NCBI GenBank assembly: GCA_046726415.1 | Contig: JBKPAK010000008.1 | Span: forward strand, 1 to 64,000 | Length of the DNA: 64,000 nucleotides | Reading direction: 5' to 3' | Source: Candidatus Methylomirabilota bacterium | GTDB taxonomy: Bacteria; Methylomirabilota; Methylomirabilia; Rokubacteriales; CSP1-6 | Program-made: the position numbers and the translations under genes | Shown: piece by piece, positions 28,601 to 37,837 of the stretch | Numbering within the stretch: position 1 is the first letter of the stretch | How the letters are laid out: each line of letters starts with the position of its first letter | Notes under the pieces: model-generated | Database searches by the model: none | Told to the model about the DNA's origin: nothing | What the model saw: the letters and a program-made list of their open reading frames with translations, nothing else

Positions 28601-29913
28601 GCGTCGCCACCTTCCTCGCCGCCGCCATCGTGGCCGGGCTGCTGTCGGGAGCGGCGCAGGCGGCGGATGCCATCCGGGTGGAGCGCCTCGACAACGGCTT
28701 CACCATTCTCGTGCGCGAGAATCCCGTGGCCCCCGTGGTGGCGCTGTCGCTGATGACCAGAATGGGGACCCGCTGGGAGACCGCGGAGAACGCGGGCATC
28801 TCCAACTTTCTCCAAGCCGTGATGATGAAGGGAACCACCAAGCGCAGCGGCGCCGAGCTGGCCGACGCGATCACCGCGCTCGGGGGGAAGCTCAGCGCCT
28901 CCGGCGACATCGATTACTCGGAGATCCGCGCCTCGGCCCTCGCCCGCTTCTGGCGCGAGCTGCTCGGCCTCACCGCCGAGCTGGCTCTCGAGCCCAAGCT
29001 GGCGCCCGAGGAGGTCGATCGGGAGCGCGAATGGCTGCTGCGCCGCGTGCAGCGTCGACTCGACAGTCCGGCGTCCCATGCCTTCGACGCCTTCTACGCC
29101 CTCCTGTATGGCCCGTACCCGTATGGACTGCCGACCCTGGGGACGTCGGAGACCCTGCGCCGGATCGATCACGCCGCCATCGTGGCTCGCTACCGGGCCT
29201 TCTACCGGCCGCCGCGGATGGTGCTCGCGGTGAGTGGGCAGGTGCGCGCGGACGACGTCGTCGCTGAGACCCGACGTCTCTTCGGAGGGCTGACGCGTGA
29301 GGGCGCCGCCGCCGATCTCTCCCTCACGCCACCGGTTCCGCTCGGCCAACGCCCGGCGGCGTCACTGCGTCGAGTCGTCGAGCAACCGGCCCAGCAAGCG
29401 CAGGTCGTCGCCGGCGGCTTGGCGCCTGCCCTCGACCATCCTGACTACGCCGCGGTCAAAGTGTTGAGTGGCATCCTGGGCGGCGGCATGGCCGGACGGC
29501 TGTTCGTCGAGTTGCGCGACAAGAGCGCGCTGGCCTATACCGCTACCGCCTTCTACGACCCGATGCGCGGGCCCGGCGCGCTCATCCTCTATTTGGGCAC
29601 ATCGCCGGAGAGCGCCGCGAAGGCCGAGGAGGGGCTGCTCCGCGAGATCGCGCGCATCCGAGACGAGCGCGTGCCCGAGGAGGAGCTGGCGCGGGCCAAG
29701 GCGTATACGCTCGGCAAGTACGACATGGATCGGCGCACCAACGAGCGGCAGGCCTGGTACCTCGCCTTCTACGAGATCGAGGGCGTGGGACTCGAGTACC
29801 CCGAGCGCTACCGGCAAGCATTGGCGGCGGTGACGGCGGCTGACGTACAGCGCGCGGCGCGGACCTACTTGACGCCGACCGCGGTCCTCGTCCTGCGCCC
29901 GCCCGCACCCTGA
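28597..29913 (+). CDS. M16B peptidase, non-catalytic partner subunit
   Basis: M16 fold motifs with HxxEH replaced by NFLQA; GRLFVELRDKSALAY. Confidence 0.9.
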   Translation: MSVATFLAAAIVAGLLSGAAQAADAIRVERLDNGFTILVRENPVAPVVALSLMTRMGTRWETAENAGISNFLQAVMMKGTTKRSGAELADAITALGGKLSASGDIDYSEIRASALARFWRELLGLTAELALEPKLAPEEVDREREWLLRRVQRRLDSPASHAFDAFYALLYGPYPYGLPTLGTSETLRRIDHAAIVARYRAFYRPPRMVLAVSGQVRADDVVAETRRLFGGLTREGAAADLSLTPPVPLGQRPAASLRRVVEQPAQQAQVVAGGLAPALDHPDYAAVKVLSGILGGGMAGRLFVELRDKSALAYTATAFYDPMRGPGALILYLGTSPESAAKAEEGLLREIARIRDERVPEEELARAKAYTLGKYDMDRRTNERQAWYLAFYEIEGVGLEYPERYRQALAAVTAADVQRAARTYLTPTAVLVLRPPAP

Positions 29914-29935
29914 CGCCTCTTCCGCGTCTCCGCTA

Positions 29936-30784
29936 TTGTTCTTAGTGGATCGGCTCCGCGCGCTCTACCCCGAGAGCTCTGGTCGCGCGCGCAAGCACTG
30001 GTTGGGCGCGGGACGCGTGCGGGTCAACGGCGAGGTCGTTCGCCGTGGCGACGTGGAGCTGCGGGCCGGCGACCGCGTGGAGCTGGGCAATCCCTCGGTG
30101 GCATTTCCCCATTCACTCCGCCTCGTCCACGACGATCAGGACATCGTCGTCATCGAGAAGCCGCCGGGCCTGCTCAGCATCGCCACCCCGCACGAGCGGC
30201 GCCGCACCGCCTACCGGATGCTCGCCGACTATTTCGCCTCGCGGCGCGGCGTCACGCCGCAGGGCGCGTGGCCTGCGGGAACCGGGCGAATCTTCATCGT
30301 GCATCGCCTCGATCGCGAGACCTCGGGGCTCTTGTGCTTCGCCAAGTCTCCCGAAGCCAAGCGCGCGCTCCAGGTGCAGTTCGCCGCTCGCTCTGTGCGG
30401 CGAATCTACGTGGCCCTCGTGGAGGGACGGGTGGCGCAGGACGAGGGCGTTCTCACCGATCGCCTGATTCAGGATCGGTCCCTGCGCGTTCGACCGACCC
30501 TGGAGGGCCCGCGGGGAAAGGAGGCCATCACCCGGTATCGCGTCCTGGAGCGCCACCGGCGCACGACACTGCTCGAGCTGACGCTCGTCACGGGGCGGCG
30601 CAGTCAGATTCGCGCCCAACTCGCCCATGCCGGCCATCCTGTGGTTGGCGATACTGACCATGGCAGCCGCCCCGACCCGGGGCACCGGCTCGCCCTGCAC
30701 GCCACGCAACTGGGGTTCCGGCATCCGCGCGGACACGCTGTCGAGTTTCACAGCCCCGTGCCGAGCGCATTCCGGCGCGGGTGA
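29936..30784 (+). CDS. RluA family pseudouridine synthase
   Basis: S4-like N-terminus, IEKPPGL, VHRLDRETSG, TGRRSQIR, LHA. Confidence 0.93.
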   Translation: MFLVDRLRALYPESSGRARKHWLGAGRVRVNGEVVRRGDVELRAGDRVELGNPSVAFPHSLRLVHDDQDIVVIEKPPGLLSIATPHERRRTAYRMLADYFASRRGVTPQGAWPAGTGRIFIVHRLDRETSGLLCFAKSPEAKRALQVQFAARSVRRIYVALVEGRVAQDEGVLTDRLIQDRSLRVRPTLEGPRGKEAITRYRVLERHRRTTLLELTLVTGRRSQIRAQLAHAGHPVVGDTDHGSRPDPGHRLALHATQLGFRHPRGHAVEFHSPVPSAFRRG

Positions 30785-30836
30785 CGGTGGCGACGGCTCG
30801 TCGCCACCAATCTCGGCGCGGCGAGCTCGGCGATCG

Positions 30837-31064
30837 CTAATCTCGGCGGGCCCGAGCTTCCTCGGCCGCGCGAATCTCGTCGGCGAACAGACCGATGTGA
30901 AGCGGGCAGGGCGGCTTGTTCTCGTCGACGTATTGGCAATCCAGTTGGTTGCACTGAACGAAGTAGCCCTGGGGTCGCCCGAAGCCGGGCGGCCGCTTGA
31001 GACGAATCAGGACGGTCTCCTGGACGACAGGACACCAGAACTCTCGCGGTCGGCTGCGCGGCAT
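30837..31064 (-). CDS. Small hypothetical protein with four Cys (75 aa)
   Basis: AAGGAG RBS; WCP..CNQLDCQY..PPCPLH. Confidence 0.6.
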   Translation of the reverse strand: MPRSRPREFWCPVVQETVLIRLKRPPGFGRPQGYFVQCNQLDCQYVDENKPPCPLHIGLFADEIRAAEEARARRD

Positions 31065-31231
31065 CGCTCTCCTTCGCGTGGATGATCGGGACCAGCGGAT
31101 CCCCTCCACCTTAACCGGGGCAGCGGCCCAGTGACAAGGCCCGGCCCCCGGGAGACTCGCGATCTCGGCCATAAAGCCGCAGACTTCGCATATAGTGTGG
31201 AAACACCCGCAACGACAGCAGGAGGGGATGC

Positions 31232-32284
31232 TTGCGCCGCTCGTCCGTAGCCAGCCTGAGTCCGCCGATCTTCTTCGCCGTCATCGCCCTCACGGCCATC
31301 GGCTGCGGCACCTTGTCCCGAGCGCTCGAGGCGGGCTCGACCGCCTCGGCGACCATCTCTCTCGCCGCACCAACCCTGTCGCCCGACGGCGACCGCCACG
31401 ACGGAAGCGTCCCGCACCGCGAGGGGGTCTCCACCGACGACAACGCGCTGGCGGCCGTCGGCATACCTTTGATTATCGCCGCCGGTGAGCACACCGCCGT
31501 CGCGGTGGCCGAGCCGAGCATCGCGGCTCACCGAGCGGGGAATGCGCCGACGGGCCGCGCGGGTACCCAGCGTCCCGAGGCCGCAGGTGAACCGACCAAC
31601 GCGGTCGGCGGCGATCCCACCGCAGGCATGGCGCAGGTCCGCGAGACGACCATCGGCGACGTCCCCGAGGACTACGACCCCTGGGAGCCCTACAACGAGC
31701 GGATGTTCGCGTTCAACTACAACGTCGACAAGTACGTGATGAAGCCGACGGCCAACGTGTATCGACACATCATGCCGGAGCCGTTTCAGCTCATGATCTC
31801 CAACGGCTTCGACAACATCCGGTATCCCGCGCGCCTGGTCAACCATCTCTTGCAGTTGCGCTTCTGGGGCGCCTTCATCGAGACCTCGCGCTTCTTCATC
31901 AACACGGTCATGGGCTTCGGCGGGCTGTTCAATCCGGCCACCGACTACTTCGGAATCCCCAAGTCGCGGGCCGACTTCGGCCAGACGATGGCCCGCTGGG
32001 GCGTGGGGCCGGGGCCCTTCTTCGTTCCGCCGTTTCTCCCTCCGGCCACGGTCAGGGACTTTATCGGGCGACTCGCCGACTCGGCCATCAATCCCATCGC
32101 GTGGTTTCTGATCGACTTCTGGCCCGAAGGCATTTCCATCGGAGTGGGCGAGATGGTGAACGAGCGCGCGCTCAACTACGAATTGTTCCAGGGCGTCGAG
32201 GAAACGACCCTCGATCTCTACACCGCGGTGCGGGACGGTTACCTGCGCAGGCGCGAGCGACAGCTCCGAGAAGACGTGGAGTAA
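31232..32284 (+). CDS. mlaA: MlaA/VacJ family lipoprotein
   Basis: AIGC lipobox; DPWEPYNERMFAFN, RFFINT.MGFGG, DFGQT, DLYTAVRDGY. Confidence 0.88.
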   Translation: MRRSSVASLSPPIFFAVIALTAIGCGTLSRALEAGSTASATISLAAPTLSPDGDRHDGSVPHREGVSTDDNALAAVGIPLIIAAGEHTAVAVAEPSIAAHRAGNAPTGRAGTQRPEAAGEPTNAVGGDPTAGMAQVRETTIGDVPEDYDPWEPYNERMFAFNYNVDKYVMKPTANVYRHIMPEPFQLMISNGFDNIRYPARLVNHLLQLRFWGAFIETSRFFINTVMGFGGLFNPATDYFGIPKSRADFGQTMARWGVGPGPFFVPPFLPPATVRDFIGRLADSAINPIAWFLIDFWPEGISIGVGEMVNERALNYELFQGVEETTLDLYTAVRDGYLRRRERQLREDVE

Positions 32285-32288
32285 CACC

Positions 32289-33206
32289 GTGTGGAGGGTC
32301 TCCGCGGTGCTCGGCGCCGCGGTCATCGCCGGCGCCACGGCGCTCCTGGGTCTACGCGGGCTGGCCGCTACGCCCGCTCCTGCCACTGCGCCCGGGCCCG
32401 GGCAGGCGCTGTACACCATGTACTGCGCCGTGTGCCACGGCGAGTCCGGCCGAGGTGATGGCCCCTCGGCGGCGAGCTTCGCCTCCAAGCCCTCGAACTT
32501 GACCGATGGCCGGCGGTTCAACCAGCTTCCCGAAGAGTTTTTCGTCAACGTCGTCCTCAACGGAGGTCCCGCCGAAGGGCTCTCCCCCGGCATGCCGCCC
32601 TTCCGGGGCAACTTGAACGAGGAACAGATCCGCCAGATCGTGGCTTACCTGCGCTCCATGGCCGATCCACCCTTCAAGCCGGACGATCCTCGACCGATCG
32701 TCACCACGCCGGGAGCACCGCGACAGCCAATCTTCTTCAGTCACCTCATCCATGCCGGCTCCTATCGAATCGACTGCCAGTACTGCCACGCGGAGGCACG
32801 ACGCTCTCCGTCCGCAGGCGTGCCGTCCGTGGATCGCTGCATGGGATGCCACAAGATCATCGGGGCTCAGGACAACCCCGAGATCCGCAAGATCCACCAG
32901 TACTGGGAGAAGCGCGAGCCGATCCCCTGGATCCGGGTCTTCAAGATTCCCGAGTTCACCTACTTCACGCACAAGCCCCACATGCAGGCCGGGCTCCCCT
33001 GTCAGGGCTGCCACGGCCCCATCCAGCAGATGCGGGTCGTCGGTGCGCGGACGGGACCTTCGCTCGTCAACGATCTCCAGAACCTGGTCGGGCTGCGTCC
33101 CGCGGCCCCTCCGTTCACGATGGGCTGGTGCATCGACTGCCATCGCGAACAGAACAAGACGAAGGGACGGCAGGCGCCGCTCGACTGCGTGGCGTGTCAC
33201 CATTGA
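32289..33206 (+). CDS. Hexaheme cytochrome c: class I monoheme fused to ActA-like pentaheme domain
   Basis: Six CxxCH (CAVCH, CQYCH, CMGCH, CQGCH, CIDCH, CVACH); QPIFFSH, PIPWIRV, FTMGWC. Confidence 0.88.
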   Translation: MWRVSAVLGAAVIAGATALLGLRGLAATPAPATAPGPGQALYTMYCAVCHGESGRGDGPSAASFASKPSNLTDGRRFNQLPEEFFVNVVLNGGPAEGLSPGMPPFRGNLNEEQIRQIVAYLRSMADPPFKPDDPRPIVTTPGAPRQPIFFSHLIHAGSYRIDCQYCHAEARRSPSAGVPSVDRCMGCHKIIGAQDNPEIRKIHQYWEKREPIPWIRVFKIPEFTYFTHKPHMQAGLPCQGCHGPIQQMRVVGARTGPSLVNDLQNLVGLRPAAPPFTMGWCIDCHREQNKTKGRQAPLDCVACHH

Positions 33207-33406
33207 GCTGGCCGCCTTGCTCGGCATGAGTAACTGGGTTTAGAAATGGTAGGATCCCGCGGGGACATGGGATGCCGGTACCGTTGCCGATGCGGATGCT
33301 CTCCTCCGCCACCCCGAGGTTGATCGCATACCTGAGCCAGTGAGGACGGGGTGGCCCACCGCGTGCGACGCGCTGAGCCGCCGCCGCTCTTCACCGAGGA
33401 GGTTCG

Positions 33407-33553
33407 ATGGCGCTCGCCATGCTCGATCGACGGCCGCACACCGTGGACGCCTTGGCAACCGAGCGCTGCGTCGTTGTGCCGGAACAGCACATGCAGCGGG
33501 CCTCGCGGTTCGCGCCACGGTGCGATTGCCCGCCTCCCCGGAGGGGGCGATGA
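33407..33553 (+). CDS. Small ORF (48 aa), possible cNMP-binding domain remnant
   Basis: GAGGAGG RBS; ATGA-coupled to next gene; LAMLDRRPHTVDALATERC. Confidence 0.3.
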   Translation: MALAMLDRRPHTVDALATERCVVVPEQHMQRASRFAPRCDCPPPRRGR

Positions 33554-34740
33554 GACTCGCCCTGGAGGGCATTCGCGTTGTCGATCTCTCCCGCGTGCTG
33601 GCCGGGCCCTTCTGCTGCGCGCTGCTCGGTGACATGGGGGCGGACGTTGTCAAGATCGAGGACACGGCCAGCGGCGACGAGTCGCGTACGTGGCCCCCGC
33701 ACAAGGACGGCGAGTCGGCAGGCTTCATCGTCAACAATCGGAACAAGCGCGGCATCGCCGTCGACCTCAAGACCCCTGAGGGCGTCGAGCTCGTCAAGCG
33801 CCTGGTGAGCCGGGCCGACGTGCTGGTGGAGAACTTCCGGACGGGGACGATGGAGCAGTTCGGTCTGGGCTATGAGACCCTGGCCGCTCTCAACCCCCAA
33901 CTCGTGTATTGCTCCGTCTCCGCCTTCGGCCGCACGGGCCCGCGCGCGCACGAGGCCGGGTACGAGGCCCTCATGCAGGCCTTCAGCGGGATCATGAGCA
34001 TCACCGGGGAGCCGGACGGGCCGCCTGTTCGCTGCGGGGTGTCCTTTCTCGACCTGACCACCGGCATTCTCTGCGCCTTCGGGGTGGTGAACGCGCTGTT
34101 GCTGCGCGCGCACAGCGGCCAGGGGGTGCGGGTGGACGGCTCGCTGCTGGAGACGGCCCTCGGGCTGCTCAATTTCCAGGCCGAGGGCAATCTCCTCACG
34201 GGCAGTATCCCGAGGGCGCTGGGCTCCGCCCATCCGTCGCTCTCGCCCTATCGCAACTTCCGCTGCCGAGATGGTCAGTGGATCTTCATCGCGGGCGCCA
34301 ACGACCGGCTGTTCCGGCGTCTGGTCACCGCCCTGGGGCGGCCCGCGTTGGCCGAAGAGCCGAGATTTGCCACCAACGTGGAGCGCGTGAAGCACCGGAC
34401 GGAGCTGGAGTCGACCCTCGGCGAGGCCATCGGCAAGCACGATCGGGCTCCGCTCATCGAGTTGCTTCACGCGCACGACGTACCGGCCACGCCGGTCAAT
34501 ACCGTGCCCCAGGTGCTCCAGGACGAGCAGACGCAGGCGCGCGGCATCGTGCAGCGGGTGCGGCATCCACGCCTGGGGGACATTCCCATCGTCAGCATAC
34601 CCCTGACGTTCGCCGGCATGCGGCCGCCGGTGCGTCGGCCAGCGCCGGCGCGCGGCGAGCACACCGAGGCCGTGCTGACCGAGTACGGGTACTCGCCCGC
34701 CGACATCGCGACCTTGCGGGACAAGAAAGTGATTCTGTGA
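33550..34740 (+). CDS. CaiB/BaiF family III CoA-transferase
   Basis: LEGIRVVDLSRVLAGP, GADVVKIE, NRNKR, ENFR, catalytic-position D in FLDLTTG. Confidence 0.95.
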   Translation: MRLALEGIRVVDLSRVLAGPFCCALLGDMGADVVKIEDTASGDESRTWPPHKDGESAGFIVNNRNKRGIAVDLKTPEGVELVKRLVSRADVLVENFRTGTMEQFGLGYETLAALNPQLVYCSVSAFGRTGPRAHEAGYEALMQAFSGIMSITGEPDGPPVRCGVSFLDLTTGILCAFGVVNALLLRAHSGQGVRVDGSLLETALGLLNFQAEGNLLTGSIPRALGSAHPSLSPYRNFRCRDGQWIFIAGANDRLFRRLVTALGRPALAEEPRFATNVERVKHRTELESTLGEAIGKHDRAPLIELLHAHDVPATPVNTVPQVLQDEQTQARGIVQRVRHPRLGDIPIVSIPLTFAGMRPPVRRPAPARGEHTEAVLTEYGYSPADIATLRDKKVIL

Positions 34741-34818
34741 GGGGGTGCGGTTGCCAGACAGGGCCGTGAGCCTTCGGCGACGTCGTGGGATCGGTGAGCG
34801 GACCGGTCGAGGTGTGAC

Positions 34819-35397
34819 GTGAGAGCAATCGCCACCGGCGCTTTCGCCATCATCCTGGTCAGCGGGGCGCCGGCGGCCGCACAGGTCTATCGCTGGACCG
34901 ATGCCACCGGGGTGGTGCATCTCACGACCAACCCCGAGAATATCCCCGAGCAACACCGCGACGACGTGCATGTCATCGACGCCTGGCGCCCTCCCAGTGA
35001 CTCGCCCGCTCCCCCCGTGCCCTCGCCGGCGACGATTCCGCTCTCCGGGGGCGAACCCATCATGGTGACCGCCCAACTGAACGGGGTGCCACTGACCTTG
35101 ATGCTCGACACCGGCGCGGACCGGACGATGCTGGCGCCGGCGGCGGTCGCGCGGGCCGGGCTGGACGCCAGCCGCGGGCGGCCCGTGCGCGTGATCGGCG
35201 TCACCGGGGCGAGTCACGCGTTCGAGGTCACCGTGCCCCGCCTCGACATCGCCGGCGCTCGCCTCGGCCCGGTGGCGGTGGTGGTGCACGACGTGCCGGC
35301 GCCCGACGTCGACGGCTTGCTTGGCCGTGATCTGCTGAACGCCTTCACGTTGACCATCGATCCCACGAGCGGCCACGCCACGCTCACCCCGCGTTGA
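34819..35397 (+). CDS. Exported DUF4124 plus retropepsin-like aspartyl protease
   Basis: Signal peptide, VYRWTDATGVVH, LDTGA, GLLGRD. Confidence 0.85.
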   Translation: MRAIATGAFAIILVSGAPAAAQVYRWTDATGVVHLTTNPENIPEQHRDDVHVIDAWRPPSDSPAPPVPSPATIPLSGGEPIMVTAQLNGVPLTLMLDTGADRTMLAPAAVARAGLDASRGRPVRVIGVTGASHAFEVTVPRLDIAGARLGPVAVVVHDVPAPDVDGLLGRDLLNAFTLTIDPTSGHATLTPR

Positions 35398-35445
35398 CGA
35401 TGGGGCACCGACATCGCCCCCCATCCCCCCACGCTCGGAGCGCGG

Positions 35446-36342
35446 TCAGCGAGGCTTGATGCTCGGAGCCAGACCCCCCATTGCGGCTAGGACGTCGAAG
35501 ACCACGGCAAAGTCGAAGTGTCCCACCCCGAGACCGCGGGCGGCGGTGAGCATCTCTTGGGTCACGCCCGTGGTGGGAAGCGGAACGCCGAGCGTTCGCC
35601 CCATCTCGAGGGCGAGGCCCAGATCTTTCTGCATCATGGGCACGTCGAAGAGCGCCTCCCTCGGCATCTGGAGAACAAAAGGTCCTCGGTACCTCACCAT
35701 GGGTGAGGCGATCACCGACCGGAGAAGTGCCTCGACCGCGCGTTCGCGCGCGATGCCGGCCTTCTCGGCGAGGGCGACCGCTTCCGAGAAGGCGAGCATC
35801 TGCACGGCCAACCCCAGATTGGTGGCGATCTTCATCGCGCTGGCCAGGCCGACCTCGCCGACGTGCGTGATGGTCGGGCCGATGGCGCTGAGATAGGGCC
35901 GCACCCGGTCGAGGACGGCAGAATCGCCCCCCACCATGAACGAGAGCTGGCCGGCATCGAGCGTGATCGGGCTGCCGGAGACGGGGGCGGCGAGCATGGC
36001 CGCGCGGCGCTCCGTCACCTTCGCGGCCAGGGCGCGCGAGGCCTGGGGGCTCACCGTGCTCATGTCGATGATGACGGCGTTGGGCCGCAGGCCGGCGAGG
36101 AGACCGTCCGGCCCCTCGCTGACCGCCTCGAGCGCGGCGGGATCGGTGACCATGATAAAGATCACCTCGGCCGCGGTCCCGACCTCCTTGGGCGAGCTCG
36201 CCAGTCGCAGGCCGGCATCGACCAGCCAGCGAGCCTTGCTGGCCGTGCGGTTGTAGCCGACCAGCGCGTGCCCGGCGGCGAGCAGACGCTTGGCCATTCG
36301 CCCGCCCATGGCGCCCAATCCGACGAAGCCGAGCGTTCCCAC
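35446..36342 (-). CDS. 3-hydroxyisobutyrate/beta-hydroxyacid dehydrogenase family
   Basis: GFVGLGAMG, DMSTVS, APVSG, KIATN, MQKDL. Confidence 0.92.
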   Translation of the reverse strand: MGTLGFVGLGAMGGRMAKRLLAAGHALVGYNRTASKARWLVDAGLRLASSPKEVGTAAEVIFIMVTDPAALEAVSEGPDGLLAGLRPNAVIIDMSTVSPQASRALAAKVTERRAAMLAAPVSGSPITLDAGQLSFMVGGDSAVLDRVRPYLSAIGPTITHVGEVGLASAMKIATNLGLAVQMLAFSEAVALAEKAGIARERAVEALLRSVIASPMVRYRGPFVLQMPREALFDVPMMQKDLGLALEMGRTLGVPLPTTGVTQEMLTAARGLGVGHFDFAVVFDVLAAMGGLAPSIKPR

Positions 36343-36349
36343 CGCCAGC

Positions 36350-36838
36350 TCAGCGCGACCGTCGCCCGCGTGCTCGCGCGCGGCGCGAGGCGCCAGGCCG
36401 CACGGGGCGTCGCGCGGGAACGACGGCGATGGCGCTGATCTCGAGTTTGCAGCGCGCGTGGGTAGCCAGCCGTGACACCTCGACCGTCGTCGTCGTGGGG
36501 AGGTGACCGCCGAGGTAGGAGCCCCATACCCGATTCAGGTCGTCCTGTTCTCTCACGTCGGTGAGGTAACGCGTGGCGGACACGAGGTCGTTGAGGCTTC
36601 CGCCCGCGGCCTCGATGGTCTTCTTGAGATTCTCCATGGTCAGCACCGCTTGCTCGCGCATGCTCTCGGGGAGGTCGAACTCCTCGTCGCGGTGCGGGTG
36701 GCTGTGGTAGACGGGGGCCGCGGTGACCCCGGACAGGAACACGACGCGACCCCCATGGACGAGGATGGCGGGCGCGTAGGGCATCAGTACGTCGGTCCGC
36801 CGATCGGCGTGATGAACGATCTCGAGGTGCTTGGGCAT
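36350..36838 (-). CDS. RidA/YjgF family protein
   Basis: PYAPA, VFLSG, NLKKTIEAAG, LEISAIA; lacks the conserved Arg of PAR (PTTTT). Confidence 0.85.
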   Translation of the reverse strand: MPKHLEIVHHADRRTDVLMPYAPAILVHGGRVVFLSGVTAAPVYHSHPHRDEEFDLPESMREQAVLTMENLKKTIEAAGGSLNDLVSATRYLTDVREQDDLNRVWGSYLGGHLPTTTTVEVSRLATHARCKLEISAIAVVPARRPVRPGASRRARARGRRSR

Positions 36839-36945
36839 CGAGACGCCTCCTCTTGGCCGTGCGAGCCGCGGCACGGACCGAAACTGAAGGCCCGGGGTGC
36901 GAGGCGAACCCACAGCCCCCAGCGTGGCATCGTAGCATGCGGACA

Positions 36946-36974
36946 TTGACCCCGCGGGGGAGGGCGGCTACCCT
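36946..36974 (+). promoter_or_regulatory. Sigma70-type promoter
   Basis: TTGACC-17bp-TACCCT upstream of the SDR gene. Confidence 0.45.
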
Positions 36975-37026
36975 CAGAAGGGTTCGCCGCCCGCATTCCC
37001 CATTCACCCTGAGGAGGATCACGCGC

Positions 37027-37833
37027 ATGGAGTCGATTCGCGACCGCGTGGCCGTCGTCACCGGTGCCGGCTCGGGCATCGGCCGCGCCCTCGCCCAGGC
37101 GTTGGCCCGTGAAGGGGCGCGGGTCGTCGTGGCCGACATCGACGAGGCGGCGGCGGCCGCTGTGGTGGCGGACATTGGCGGGCGAGGTGGTGACGCCCTC
37201 GCCGTGCGTGCCGACGTCAGCGACCTGGCCCAGGTGCAGGCGATGGCCGATCGCGCCTTCGCGCACTTCGGCGCCGTCCACGTCCTCTGCAACAACGCGG
37301 GGGTGGCTCTTCACGGGTCGCTGCAGGACGCCACCCACCAGGATTGGCAGTGGGTGCTCGCGGTGAACCTGTGGGGCGTCATCCACGGACTGGAAGCCTT
37401 CCTGCCGCGGATGATCGCGCAGGGCCAACCCGGCCACATCGTCAACACCGCCTCCATGGCGGGCCTCATCGCATCGCAAGGGCTCGGTGTCTACAACGCC
37501 TCCAAGTACGCCGTGGTGGGAATCTCGGAGACCCTGGTCAAGGATCTGCGACCACACCACATCGGAGTCAGCGTCCTCTGCCCGATGGGCGTGAGCACGC
37601 AGATCCTCCACAGCGGCCGCAATCGGCCCGCGCATCTTCGCAACGATCGACAGCGGACCGAATCCGCCCCGGAGTTGATCGGCAAGTATCTGGATCCGGA
37701 GGCGGTGGCGGATATGGTCCTGGCCGCAATCCGGGCCAACCGCCTTTATGTCATCACCCACGACGAGAGCCTCGAGCCGCTCCGGCGGCGGTTCCAGCGC
37801 CTCGAGCAGGCGATCCTCGATCGACCCCGTTAG
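37027..37833 (+). CDS. Classical SDR oxidoreductase
   Basis: TGAGSGIG, NNAGV, YNASK. Confidence 0.93.
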   Translation: MESIRDRVAVVTGAGSGIGRALAQALAREGARVVVADIDEAAAAAVVADIGGRGGDALAVRADVSDLAQVQAMADRAFAHFGAVHVLCNNAGVALHGSLQDATHQDWQWVLAVNLWGVIHGLEAFLPRMIAQGQPGHIVNTASMAGLIASQGLGVYNASKYAVVGISETLVKDLRPHHIGVSVLCPMGVSTQILHSGRNRPAHLRNDRQRTESAPELIGKYLDPEAVADMVLAAIRANRLYVITHDESLEPLRRRFQRLEQAILDRPR

Positions 37834-37837
37834 CGCG

